The translations under genes were made by a program, and so were the position numbers. Shown here one piece after another: positions 28,702 to 38,386 of a DNA stretch of 64,000 nucleotides (the first letter of the stretch is position 1; each line of letters begins with the position of its first letter). The notes under the pieces are model-generated. The model had not been told where the DNA came from and did not search any database. It saw only the letters and a list, made by a program, of their open reading frames with translations. Origin of the DNA: Halobacteriaceae archaeon (GTDB lineage: Archaea; Halobacteriota; Halobacteria; Halobacteriales; Halobacteriaceae). The stretch covers positions 45,457-109,456 of the forward strand of contig JBDGTS010000007.1 in the NCBI GenBank assembly GCA_042216675.1, read 5' to 3'.

Positions 28702-29823
28702 TTAGACCCGGTTCGCCTCGATGAAGTCCCAGTCGAGGTTCCAGCCGATGCCGGGGTCGTCGGGAATGTGCATCACGCCGTTCTCGTCGGGAAGCGGCGG
28801 GTCGGTGAGCCACGGCCGCGAGGACTCGTAGTCGTAGTCGGGGTGGAGCAGGCCGTACTCGAAGTAGTCGCCCAGTTCCGTCGCGCCGAGGACGTGCAGG
28901 TTCGCGAGGCCGGCGCCGTGGAGTTCGCACTCGATTTTGAACGACTCACAGAGGTTCACCGTCTTCATCGCGGGCGTGATGCCCCCGAGGTCGTGAGTGC
29001 CGGCGCGGATGATGTCGGCCACGTCGCGCTTGATCCACTCCGCGCGGGTCTGGTGTTTCCCCTCGGCCGTCTCCGGGCCGATGACGGGCACGTCCACCTC
29101 GTCGGTGAGCCACGCGTACGCGGACATCGAGTGCTCGTCCATCGGCTCTTCGAACCAGCGGTAATCGAGGTCCGAGAGCCCTTCCCCGAGCGTCTTGGCC
29201 TCCGTGCGCGAGTAGTAGTGATGGGAGTCGAGCATCAAGTCTACGTCCGGGCCAACCGCGTCGCGCACCGCCGCACAGGCCGCGAGGTCCCGTTCCGGGT
29301 CGGCGCTGTAGGGCGGCATCCAGCCGTGGAGTTTGATGGCCTGAAAGCCCTCGTCGACGAGGTCCGAGGCGAAGTCGGCGTACGCCTCGGGGGTGCCCAG
29401 CCCATCAGGGTCGTCGTCGCCGACCATCGTGCTGGCGTAGGCGGGCACGGAGTCCCGCGCCGCGCCCAGCAGTTTGTAAACCGGCTTTCCGAGGGCCTTA
29501 CCCGCGAGGTCCCAGAGCGCGACGTCGATGGCCGCGAGGGCGCTGTCGGTGAGGGTGCCGAGGTTCAACCGCTGGGTGCGGTACAACTGCTGCCAGAGGG
29601 CCTCCCGGTCGAAGGGGTCCGCGCCGAGGAGGTAGTTCTCGGCGATGTCGCAGGCCGCGGGCGTGCCGCCCATCCCGTAGCCCTCGACGCCCTCGTCGGT
29701 GGTGATGCGCGTGAGCGTCCGGGTCGCCTCGTGTGGCTCCCCCGGGTGCGCGTGGCCCTTCTCGTCGCTCGTGACGCGCGATTCGTACGCGAACTGGACC
29801 GTTTCGACGCCGGTGATTTCCAT
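28702..29823 (-). CDS. Mandelate racemase/enolase superfamily protein (paralog of 15617-16765)
   Basis: IDVALWDLAGK, PAYASTM, IKLHGW, LMLD, WFEEPM, GPE and PGIG. ATG at 29823. Confidence 0.87.
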   Translation of the reverse strand: MEITGVETVQFAYESRVTSDEKGHAHPGEPHEATRTLTRITTDEGVEGYGMGGTPAACDIAENYLLGADPFDREALWQQLYRTQRLNLGTLTDSALAAIDVALWDLAGKALGKPVYKLLGAARDSVPAYASTMVGDDDPDGLGTPEAYADFASDLVDEGFQAIKLHGWMPPYSADPERDLAACAAVRDAVGPDVDLMLDSHHYYSRTEAKTLGEGLSDLDYRWFEEPMDEHSMSAYAWLTDEVDVPVIGPETAEGKHQTRAEWIKRDVADIIRAGTHDLGGITPAMKTVNLCESFKIECELHGAGLANLHVLGATELGDYFEYGLLHPDYDYESSRPWLTDPPLPDENGVMHIPDDPGIGWNLDWDFIEANRV

Positions 29824-29936
29824 CGCCTCGGCCCTCACCGTCGAGCGACAAAGGCCTTCGGCCCGCGGAACTGTCGGCGTCAATGGGAAAACCGGGTCGC
29901 TTAATTGGGTCCTTCCCCATGTACCGCTATCTCTAG

Positions 29937-30989
29937 ATGGCGACTTCTCTGTCCGCCGAGCCCGACCTCGACTGGTGTCACGAGGCAGTCCACGGTGTCT
30001 CCCGTACGTTCGCGGTGACAGTCGACGTGTTGGCCGAGCCGATGGCCTCACACATCTGTCTCGGCTACCTGTTGTGCCGCGTCGCCGACACCGTGGAGGA
30101 CGCCGGACACGTGCCGCCCGCGGCGCAGGCAGACCTCCTGCGCACCTACGACGCCGCCCTCGACCCCGACGACGGCACCACGATGGCGACGTTCAGGTCG
30201 GCCGTCGACGAGTGGCTCCCGGCCACCGAATCCCGAAGCGACGACTGGGCCGTGGTCGCTGAGGCTCCGACGGTGTGGGCGACGTTCGCGAATCAGCCGG
30301 CCTCGGTGCGCGAAGCCGTCGTGCCGCCGGTTCGCGAGATGGTCGACGGGATGGCCACCTTCGTCGAGCGATACGCCGACGCCGGCGGCCTGCGGGTCGG
30401 CGACCGGCCGGAACTCGACCGGTACTGTCACTACGCCGCCGGGACCGTGGGGACCCTCATCACGAACCTCCTCACGCGCGGCGACGTGGCCGCGGACAGG
30501 GCGCGGACGCTGTACGACACGGCGGAGTCCTTCGGCCTCCTCCTCCAGTTGATAAACGTCTCCAAGGACGTGTACGACGACTACACCGCCGAGAACAACG
30601 TCTACCTCCCGGCGGAGTGGCTGGCGGCGGAGGGCGTGGCACAGCAGAACGTCCTCGACCCGGCGAACCGGTCGGCCGTGACCCGCGTCGTCCGCCGCAC
30701 CGCGGACTACGCGGCCACGTTCCTCGACGACGCCCAGCGATACATCGAGACGATGCCACTCGTTCACGGCAACACCCTCGCCGCGTGGGCCGTGCCGTTT
30801 CTCCTCGGTGTCGGCACTCTCCGCGAACTCGACGAGCGACCGGGCGACGCCCTCACGGAAGCGGGGGTGAAGGTGTCCCGCGAGGAAGTGTTCGCCGTGA
30901 TGGGCGCGGCGGACGAGGCTGACCGCGCCGCCATCAGTGACCTTCGGGAGTCCATCACGCGCGAACCGTTCCACCACACGCTCGACTGA
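29937..30989 (+). CDS. Phytoene/squalene synthase family protein
   Basis: VSRTF, YLLCRVADTVED, YCHYAAGTVG and FGLLLQLINV.KDV..D...N.YLP. Confidence 0.9.
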   Translation: MATSLSAEPDLDWCHEAVHGVSRTFAVTVDVLAEPMASHICLGYLLCRVADTVEDAGHVPPAAQADLLRTYDAALDPDDGTTMATFRSAVDEWLPATESRSDDWAVVAEAPTVWATFANQPASVREAVVPPVREMVDGMATFVERYADAGGLRVGDRPELDRYCHYAAGTVGTLITNLLTRGDVAADRARTLYDTAESFGLLLQLINVSKDVYDDYTAENNVYLPAEWLAAEGVAQQNVLDPANRSAVTRVVRRTADYAATFLDDAQRYIETMPLVHGNTLAAWAVPFLLGVGTLRELDERPGDALTEAGVKVSREEVFAVMGAADEADRAAISDLRESITREPFHHTLD

Positions 30990-31143
30990 CTGGTCTCCGA
31001 TTCGCGGACCGGGGCGGCGAACTCCTGTTACGATGCCAGCGGCGCCACCGCGACGGATTCCAGCAGTCCGACTGTCTCCCGACACCTACTGGTGAACGCT
31101 TTCGACGCCACTCTCACCACCCGCCGTTTCCGACGCCCCTCCG

Positions 31144-31538
31144 CTACGGCTGAATGTCGTAGATTTTCCACTCGCCGTCGGCCGTGCGCAGGTCGTACGT
31201 CGCCGTGTCTGACACCGTGCGGTCGCCGGTGTCCACCGTGACTGAGGTCCGGACTTCGGCCGTGCTGTCGCCCTCGTCGAGCACTTCGACCGAGTTGATT
31301 TCGATAGTCGCTCCCTCGTAGCGCTCCATCTGCTCCGGGGTGAACTCGGGCAAGGCCGCGTCGGGATGCAGAAACTCGTTGACTTCGGACGCGCTTCCGC
31401 CGTACAGCGTCTCGAGGTAGTTCCTGACGACGTCCTCCGGTCCCGAACTGGAGGCCGAGCCCAGACAGCCGGCCAGAAGTGTGGCGACGGTCGTGCCACA
31501 CGTCGTGAGAAAGCGTCTCCGTTGCAGGGCACGCGCAT
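31144..31538 (-). pseudogene. Tat lipoprotein (NTF2-like body) whose ATG is out of frame; possible CTG start at 31527
   Basis: The frame of ORF 31144-31353 extends upstream as RALQRRRFLTTCGTTVATLLAGCLG... (twin-Arg plus LAGC lipobox). ATG 31538 is 2 nt out of frame. Confidence 0.65.
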
Positions 31539-31773
31539 TTGTGGAGACGCGGTTTGTATATTTTCGAACCCGGTAGTGCGCCGCACAGAAGGCCGGAGAG
31601 ATTTGCTATCGCGGTTATTGATTTATCAGTTCGGTGCGCCCCTCGTGATCCGGTGGGTTCGCCGCCTACGCGCTTCGGTCGTGCCGACGGCGGCCCCGTC
31701 GTGAGCGGCGGTGCCGGTGGCCGCCGCGCGGGTAGGGTCCCCTCTTTTGCTCGTGCCGATGCCATCGCGGCCC

Positions 31774-32406
31774 ATGAGCACGGAGACCATCGTCTCGATA
31801 CCCGCAGACAACGACGTGCCCCTGGAGGGCCAACTCACCGTCCCCGAATCCCCGGCCGGTATCGTCGTCTTCGCGCACGGGAGCGGGAGCAGTCGGCACA
31901 GTCCCCGCAACAACTTCGTCGCGGAGGTGCTGAACGACCGGAACTTGGCGACCCTGCTGTTCGACCTGCTCACCGAACAGGAGGACCGGGACCGCAGCAA
32001 CCGCTTCGACATTCCGCTTCTGACCGACAGGCTCGGCGCCGCGACCGACTGGGTGGCCGAGCGACCGGCCGTTTCGGACCTCCCGCGGGGGTACTTCGGG
32101 GCGAGCACCGGCGCCGCGGCGGCCCTCAAGGCCCAAGCGCGCCGGGACGACGTGGACGCCGTCGTCTCGCGGGGCGGGCGCGTCGACATGGCCGAAGACG
32201 CACTCGACGAGATCGACGCCCCCTCGCTGTTCATCGTCGGCGGCGACGACGAGGACGTCCTCGAACTGAACCGGGAGGCGTTCGCCCGCCTCGACTGCGA
32301 GAAGTCGCTGGAAGTCGTCGAGGGCGCGGGCCACCTCTTTGAAGGGCCGGGCGAACTGGAGACGGTGGCCGAACACGCCGCCGACTGGTTCGAGACCCAC
32401 CTCTAA
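31774..32406 (+). CDS. Dienelactone hydrolase-like alpha/beta hydrolase
   Basis: FAHGSGSSRHSPRN, GYFGASTG, VSRGGR.D and GAGHLFE. ATG at 31774. Confidence 0.9.
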   Translation: MSTETIVSIPADNDVPLEGQLTVPESPAGIVVFAHGSGSSRHSPRNNFVAEVLNDRNLATLLFDLLTEQEDRDRSNRFDIPLLTDRLGAATDWVAERPAVSDLPRGYFGASTGAAAALKAQARRDDVDAVVSRGGRVDMAEDALDEIDAPSLFIVGGDDEDVLELNREAFARLDCEKSLEVVEGAGHLFEGPGELETVAEHAADWFETHL

Positions 32407-34502
32407 AGCGGGCAACACCGCGCCTCGTCGGGCTTGCCGTCCTCGGAGAGCGATTCGGCGCTCGTCTGGAGTACCTGCTCGCTCCGGGAGCGGTTTCGGT
32501 AGATTGTCAGCCCCTTGCACCCGGCGTCGAGAGCGAGGCGGAACGCGTCGGCCACGTCCTCGCGGGTGGCGTCGTTCGGAACGTTCACCGTCTTCGAGAT
32601 GCCCGCGTCGACGTGTTCCTGAAACGCCGCCTGCACGCGGACGTGGTCCTCGGGGGCCACGTCGCGCGCGGTCACGAACGGGTCGGCGATGGCGTCGGGG
32701 ATGGGGAGGCCCGATGCACCCTCGAACTCGCCGTCGGCGATCTGCTGTCTGGCCGCCTCTTTCACCTCGTCCACGTCGATAGCGTTGGCCTCCAGCACCC
32801 GGAGGAAGTAGTCGTCGAACTCCACGATGGCTTCGCCGCCCTCGACGTCCGGGCTGACGTTCTTGCGGTAGGCGACGCTGAACAGGGGTTCACATCCGCC
32901 GGAGGTGTTTGCGATCATACTCGTCGTCCCCGTCGGCGCGATGGTCGTGGTGCTGTGGTTGCGCGTCGGGAAGCCATCGGTCCAGTTTCCTGCGTCCCGG
33001 CCGGTGTGGCGCCCGAACCAGTCTGCGTGGGCCGTCGGCGCGGCGAGTTTCGACTCGTCCCACGCCGGGAACGTGCCGCGTTCCTCCGCGAGGTCCCGAC
33101 TCGCGCCAGTCGAGACGCGCTGAATCCGGCCCATCACGCGGTCCGCGACGGCCAGTGAGGTCCCCGACCCGTAGCGAACTCCCAACTGGAGGAGTAACTC
33201 GGCGAAGCCCATCACGCCGAGGCCCACCTTCCGCAACTCCTCGACGGTGGCACCGATTTCCGCCACGGGGAACTCACAGACCGTGTTCACGTCGTCGAGG
33301 AAACGCGTCCCGTCGCGAGCGACCCGGTCGAGGCGGTCCCAGTCGATGGCCTGGTCGAGGAACGCGTCCACGTCGCCGTCGAAGGCGGGCCACGGCGTGC
33401 GGCCGTCGGCGGCCATCAGCGAGAGGTTCACGTGGCCGAGCGTGCATGCCTCGGCCTCCTCGAGTGGCTGTTCGCCGCAGGGGTTCGTCGCCCGAATCCG
33501 GTGTTCGGGGTGGCTCTCCACGTCGAAGGTGTGCTGGCGGTTCGCCTCGTCGATGGCGAACAGGCCGGGTTCGCCGTTGCGCCACGCACCGTCCACGATG
33601 AGACGCCAGACGAACCCCGCGGGCAGGGTCATCGGCTCCCCCGCTTCGAGGTCCGTCTCCCCCCGGTACTGTCCGATGCCGGCCACGTCGTCGGCGTAGT
33701 CGCGCCAGAAATTCGTCGCGACGGCGTGGTCTGGCGCGGACTCGTACTCGGTGCTGTAGAACGACGCCGTCGCCGCCGTCACCTCGTGTTGCTCGCCAGT
33801 TCGGGGGTTCACGAGTTCGTAGCGCTCACCGTCGCGTACCGCACGGTCGAACGCCTCGGTGACGCCGACGGAGACGTTGAAGTTCGAGAGCACGCCCTCC
33901 TCGCGCTTGGCGGTGCAAAAGCGCCCGACGTCGGGGTGGTCGGCGCGGAGTATCCCCATCTGAGCGCCCCGCCGCTTTCCGCCCTGCTTGAGTTGCGCGC
34001 ACATCTCGTCGAAGACGTGCATGAACGAGACGGGACCCGCGGCGGCGCCCGTCTCCGTGCGCACCGGGTCGCCTTCCGGTCGGAGCGCCGAGAAGGAGTA
34101 GCCGACGCCGCCGCCGCTGTTGAAGATCTTCGCGGCGTTCGTCACCGTGTCGAAGATGTCCGTCAGGTCGTCGCCCGGCGACAGGACGAAACAGGCCGAC
34201 AGTTGCTCTCGATTCGTGCCCGCGTTCATCAGCGTCGGCGAGTTCGGCACGAACTCCAACCCAGTCATCATCTCCTCGAACGTGGTCGCCCACGCGCCCG
34301 GGTCGCCGCCGTATCGCCCCTCGGCGCGGGCGACGGCTGTCGCGACTCGCTCGAACATCTCCGCGGGCGTCTCCGCGAGTTCGCCGTCCTCGTTCCGGCG
34401 GAGATATCGCGAGGGGAGGATGCGCCGAACGGCGTTCTCCGTCAGACGCTCCCGGACCGTGTCGCCCGTAACGCGCTTGACGGGGAGTGTAACCTCGCTC
34501 AT
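32403..34502 (-). CDS. nrdJ: Class II (B12-dependent) ribonucleotide reductase, short form
   Basis: PNSPTLMNAG, LSACF, QGGKRRGAQM, TNPCGEQPL..EAC.LG, IAPTGT, ISKTVN and KGLTIYR; about 699 aa, no intein. Confidence 0.93.
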   Translation of the reverse strand: MSEVTLPVKRVTGDTVRERLTENAVRRILPSRYLRRNEDGELAETPAEMFERVATAVARAEGRYGGDPGAWATTFEEMMTGLEFVPNSPTLMNAGTNREQLSACFVLSPGDDLTDIFDTVTNAAKIFNSGGGVGYSFSALRPEGDPVRTETGAAAGPVSFMHVFDEMCAQLKQGGKRRGAQMGILRADHPDVGRFCTAKREEGVLSNFNVSVGVTEAFDRAVRDGERYELVNPRTGEQHEVTAATASFYSTEYESAPDHAVATNFWRDYADDVAGIGQYRGETDLEAGEPMTLPAGFVWRLIVDGAWRNGEPGLFAIDEANRQHTFDVESHPEHRIRATNPCGEQPLEEAEACTLGHVNLSLMAADGRTPWPAFDGDVDAFLDQAIDWDRLDRVARDGTRFLDDVNTVCEFPVAEIGATVEELRKVGLGVMGFAELLLQLGVRYGSGTSLAVADRVMGRIQRVSTGASRDLAEERGTFPAWDESKLAAPTAHADWFGRHTGRDAGNWTDGFPTRNHSTTTIAPTGTTSMIANTSGGCEPLFSVAYRKNVSPDVEGGEAIVEFDDYFLRVLEANAIDVDEVKEAARQQIADGEFEGASGLPIPDAIADPFVTARDVAPEDHVRVQAAFQEHVDAGISKTVNVPNDATREDVADAFRLALDAGCKGLTIYRNRSRSEQVLQTSAESLSEDGKPDEARCCPL

Positions 34503-34620
34503 CGGATCACCCTGCGACGGACACGCATGGAATTTCGTATAGCGCCTGACGATATAAGACGCCACCCAAAGGACACCTCACATCGGCACGCTTAGGCCCT
34601 CGCACTAACTCACAGCCCAC

Positions 34621-35421
34621 ATGCGCCTGCTCGTCGCCGGTGCCGACCGCGTCGACGCGGGGAAGACGACGTTCTCCACGGGCCTTCTCTCCCGCGTCGG
34701 CGGCACGGGGTTCAAGCCCCGCGCCGGCAACTCGCTCTGGTTCGACCACGACGACGTGCGCCGCGCCGTTCGGGAGGGGCGCCTCTACGGCAAGGACGCC
34801 TACCGCCTCGCGGCCGCGAGCGCCGAGGACGTGACGGCCGAGGACATCAATCCGATTCACCGACTCTGGCGGCCCGACCCCGGGGCCGGCGGCCTCATCG
34901 GGGCGCACGACCGGGCGTTCGTCTGTGACCGGGTGGGCGACTCCCACGTCGTCAACGGGACGGCCGAGGTCCCGGCTCTCGTCGCGGACGGCCTCCCACT
35001 CGACGACGCCGTCTCCGTGGCCTCCGTCGAGGAACTCAACACGGTCACCGAGCGTCGCCACCTCGTCGCCCTCGACCAAGTGGCCGCGCGGGTCCGCGCC
35101 CGGGACCGCACCGTCGTGGAGTCCTACGGCGACGTGGCCCGACCGCTCCGTGACCTCTCGGTGGACGCCGTCGCGGTGGTCGAACCCGGCCGCGCTCGGG
35201 TGTACGACGGGGAGCGCTACGGCCGTGCGTGTGAGGTGGCGGGGCGCAGTCCCCGTGACGGCCGCCTCGAACGCCGGGTGACAGACGTCCTCGACTACCT
35301 CGACCCGGCCGCGCGCGTCTCGCTTCCCCCACTCACCGACGAGACGCGGACCGACCCGGCGGCCGTGGCGGACGCCTACGCCCCGGCGTACGACGAACTG
35401 CTGGCTGTCGCGAGCCAATAA
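34621..35421 (+). CDS. Archaeal P-loop ATPase/GTPase (COG4028-like)
   Basis: LLVAG..VDAGKTTFS, FKPRAGN..W, LYGKDA and NP.HRLW.P. Confidence 0.8.
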   Translation: MRLLVAGADRVDAGKTTFSTGLLSRVGGTGFKPRAGNSLWFDHDDVRRAVREGRLYGKDAYRLAAASAEDVTAEDINPIHRLWRPDPGAGGLIGAHDRAFVCDRVGDSHVVNGTAEVPALVADGLPLDDAVSVASVEELNTVTERRHLVALDQVAARVRARDRTVVESYGDVARPLRDLSVDAVAVVEPGRARVYDGERYGRACEVAGRSPRDGRLERRVTDVLDYLDPAARVSLPPLTDETRTDPAAVADAYAPAYDELLAVASQ

Positions 35422-35511
35422 ACTGCATACCGCGATACGAAACACGGGACTCGTGCCTGCACAATAGTTGTCGGGACTACACTTTTCTGCCCTCGCCGTG
35501 AGCCGTAGGCC

Positions 35512-35925
35512 ATGTCCTCGCTCGACGGCCCGCGCGGGACCCTGCTCGCCGCCGTACTTGTCGGGACTGGCCACGCCCTCCTCGTCGCCGGCCTCACCAG
35601 TTGGTTCGGAATCGGGTGGCACTTCGACCAGCCCGGAAACTATCCGATATACGCCTACACGCTGGGCGGGATGGTCCTCGTCGGCGTGACGGCGGCCGTC
35701 ACGGCCCTCCGGTATCGGCTGGTCGGGCCCGCCGTGGCCGCCGGGACCGTGCTGTTCTCCGTCGTCGCACTCACGTGGCCCTACGTCGACGAACTGCGCG
35801 CGCCCGGGTCGGAGCCGATCGACGTGGCGCTGTTCAAGTACCTGCTCCTCTGGCCGGTGGCGCTGGGCTGGGTGCTACTAGTCGGCGCCGTCGAGTACGG
35901 CGTTCGGACTCCCGCCCCGAACTGA
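35512..35925 (+). CDS. Hypothetical membrane protein
   Basis: 137 aa with about 4 TM segments. Confidence 0.7.
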   Translation: MSSLDGPRGTLLAAVLVGTGHALLVAGLTSWFGIGWHFDQPGNYPIYAYTLGGMVLVGVTAAVTALRYRLVGPAVAAGTVLFSVVALTWPYVDELRAPGSEPIDVALFKYLLLWPVALGWVLLVGAVEYGVRTPAPN

Positions 35926-35929
35926 GCGG

Positions 35930-36734
35930 TCAGGACTCGGCGACGGGGGCGCTCGCGAGGCCCTGTTCCGTCGCCGACAGCGAGAGGCGCCAGCCCTCGG
36001 CGCACCGTGCCGCGTCCGCGATGCCGAACTGCTCGTCGGGCCGGCGTCGGAACACGGCCGCGGCGATGGGGAGCGTCGGCAGTCGGCCCGCCGCGGCGTC
36101 GAGCGCGTAGTCCCCGACGGCGATGCCGTCCTCGACCGTGAACTCACCGACGAGCGACGCCGTCTCCAGCGTCGACAGCGCGGCCGGGAGCGGGCCCGCG
36201 TCCGGGTCGGTGGGGGCCGGCAGGCGCGCGGCGGCGCCGCGGAGGACCCCCGCCTGTTCGGTCGGGCTGAGGCGCTCGGGTAATCTCGTCGGCGACACAG
36301 CGGAGGAGGGCCAGACAGAGGCGCTCCCGGTCGGTCACTCGCTCGGCGCGGGCGAGGTAGGCGTCCATGACCGCCGTCTCGACCCCTCGGTGGCCGTCCG
36401 CGACCAGCGTCTCGAAGACGGCCGCGACGACCCGGTGGCAGAACTCGATGCGCGTCGGGTCGTCGAAGTCGCCGGAGCCGTGAGTCAGTCCCGCCGGCGC
36501 CTCCGAGACGATGGGCTCGTGGCGCGGCAGGCGCGGGTCGTAGCGCCGGAGCGTGGCGCGGTACTGTTCCGTCAGGACCGCCGCCTCCGCCGCCGTCTCG
36601 CGGTTCGGGAAGCGCAGGTCGGCGCTCGGGACGGGGCGCTCGCCGGTCCGCGCGCAGACGACGCGGAACGCACCGTCAGGGGTCGCCAGCGAGGCGATTT
36701 CGTTCCGGAGGTCCGTGAGCGTCCGACCCACCAT
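35930..36734 (-). pseudogene. Conserved haloarchaeal hypothetical protein split by a +1 frameshift
   Basis: The N-part MVGRTL...LLRCVADEIT (36734) continues as ERLSPTEQAGVL... (ORF ending 35930) if one G is removed from GGG at 36278-36280. Span 805 nt = 3n+1. Confidence 0.7.
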
Positions 36735-36735
36735 C

Positions 36736-36834
36736 TCAGTCGTCCTCCTCCTCGTCGCCGTGCAGGGCGAGGGCCAACCCGGCCCAGAGCGTGGCCCGGC
36801 GCCGTCGCGGCCCGCCCGGCGATTGGTCGCTCAC
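36736..36834 (-). CDS. Putative 32-aa small protein ([32 protein letters not shown])
   Basis: GTG preceded by GGAGGGA; its stop is 1 nt before the ATG at 36734, and it overlaps (GTGA) a 19-aa uORF at 36831-36890. Confidence 0.35.
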   Translation of the reverse strand: MSDQSPGGPRRRRATLWAGLALALHGDEEEDD

Positions 36835-36891
36835 CGTCGTCCCTCCGACAGTCGGGGTTCGGTTGTCGCGCGTGACGCGATGGGGCTCATG

Positions 36892-36913
36892 TCTTTTAGG
36901 CTGGCCTAAAAGA
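36892..36913. promoter_or_regulatory. DtxR/IdeR-family metal (iron) box
   Basis: Perfect palindrome TCTTTTAGGC-TG-GCCTAAAAGA containing TTAGG-N4-CCTAA, directly upstream of ATG 36890 on the minus strand. Confidence 0.7.
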
Positions 36914-36915
36914 AC

Positions 36916-37353
36916 CTAAACCTTTCCCTCCGCGTCGAGTTCGTCGAAGAGGCCGGCCACGCGGGCCTCCACGTCGTCCCGAATCGCCGCGACGGTCTCG
37001 GGGTCCGCTCCGTCCGGGTCGGCGAGGTCCCAGTCACGGTTCTCCCCGGCGAGGCCGGCGGGACAGGCCTCCTCGACCGAACAGCCCATCGTGACCACGT
37101 AGTCGGCGCCCCGGAGTTCAGCCGCCGATACTTCGCGGGGCGTACGGTCCGAGAGGTCGATGCCCACCTCCCGCATCGCGGCGACGACTTCCGGGTGGAC
37201 GTGGTCGGCCGGGCGCGTGCCGCCGGTCACGAGGGTCACGTCCGCGTCTCGTTTCGCCCGCTCCCGCTCGGCAAAGGCGTACGCCATCTGTGAGCGCCCC
37301 GCGTTCTGCACGCACACGAACGCGACGGTTGGACGGTCAGTCTGCGGTGGCAA
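36916..37353 (-). CDS. arsC: Arsenate reductase, LMW-PTP family
   Basis: FVCVQNAGRSQM P-loop, VVTMGC and W.L.DP. Only a TTG start is available. Confidence 0.85.
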   Translation of the reverse strand: MPPQTDRPTVAFVCVQNAGRSQMAYAFAERERAKRDADVTLVTGGTRPADHVHPEVVAAMREVGIDLSDRTPREVSAAELRGADYVVTMGCSVEEACPAGLAGENRDWDLADPDGADPETVAAIRDDVEARVAGLFDELDAEGKV

Positions 37354-38386
37354 CGCCGCTCACCCCCGTGTCGACGTCGAACAGACGGCCCTTCGTCGCC
37401 AGCGCCACCCGGACGAGAGCGAGCATCACCGGCACCTCGATGAGCGGTCCGACGACGGTGGCGAGTGCGACGTTGCTGCCGACGCCGAAGACGGCCACCG
37501 CGACGGCGATGGCCAACTCGAAGTTGTTCGAGGCGGCCGTGAACGCGAGACTCACGCTCTCCGCGTAGTCGAAGCCGAGGAGCGCTCCCGCGCCGTAGGC
37601 GACGGCCCAGATGCCCGCGAAGAAGACGAACAGGGGGACCGCGATGAGGAGAATCTGTTCGGGATGCGCGAGGATGTACTCCCCCTTCAGCGCGAACATC
37701 ACGACGACGGTGAACAGCAGTCCGAGCAGACCGAGCGGACTGATTCGAGGAATGATTCGGCCGTAGTACGCCTCGCGGCCCACCGTACGGAAGGCGACCC
37801 GTTGGGCGAGAACGCCCGCGAGAAGCGGGAGGCCGAGGAACACCCCGACCATCTGGGCGACGAGCGTCGTCGACACGGCCACCGTCGTCTCCCGGAGGAC
37901 CGTGAGAAAGAGGACGGCGTAGGGCACGAACAGCGCGATTTGGAGGAGGCTGTTGACACCGACGCAGACCGCGCACATCTCCTGATTTCCGGCGGCGAGG
38001 TCGTTCCAGACTAGCACCATCGCGATGCAGGGCGCGATGCCGACGATGATGAGGCCAGTCACGAATTCCGGGTGCCCGCGGAGCAAGGTGACGGCGAGGC
38101 CGTACATCACGACGGGTGCCACGAGCCAGTTGAACGCGAGCGTCAGGCCGATTTCGCGGCGCGCCGTCCGCGTGACGCGGGGGATGCGCCTGTAGTCGAT
38201 TTCGGCCATGATGGGCGCGATCATCACGAACAGGCCGACGGCGATGGGGAGATTGGTCCCGTGCCACGTCACCGCGTTCAGGGACTCCACGACCCCGGGC
38301 GCGACGCGGCCGAGGACGACGCCGAGGACCATCGCCAGCCCGATCCAGAGCGTGAGAAACCGGTCGAGCAGCGACAGGTCGCTCAC
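37337..38386 (-). CDS. acr3: Acr3 arsenite efflux transporter
   Basis: LDRFLTLWI, PIAVGL, APCIAMVLVWN, SNNFELAIAVA and GPLIEVP. Confidence 0.93.
   Translation of the reverse strand: MSDLSLLDRFLTLWIGLAMVLGVVLGRVAPGVVESLNAVTWHGTNLPIAVGLFVMIAPIMAEIDYRRIPRVTRTARREIGLTLAFNWLVAPVVMYGLAVTLLRGHPEFVTGLIIVGIAPCIAMVLVWNDLAAGNQEMCAVCVGVNSLLQIALFVPYAVLFLTVLRETTVAVSTTLVAQMVGVFLGLPLLAGVLAQRVAFRTVGREAYYGRIIPRISPLGLLGLLFTVVVMFALKGEYILAHPEQILLIAVPLFVFFAGIWAVAYGAGALLGFDYAESVSLAFTAASNNFELAIAVAVAVFGVGSNVALATVVGPLIEVPVMLALVRVALATKGRLFDVDTGVSGVATAD

Noticed and set aside
30990-31143. Intergenic stretch checked for tRNA or ncRNA
   Set aside because: No cloverleaf, T-loop or convincing stable structure.
32403-34502. 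Possible intein in NrdJ
   Set aside because: No LAGLIDADG or HN-C/S/T splice motifs; the length fits an intein-free enzyme.
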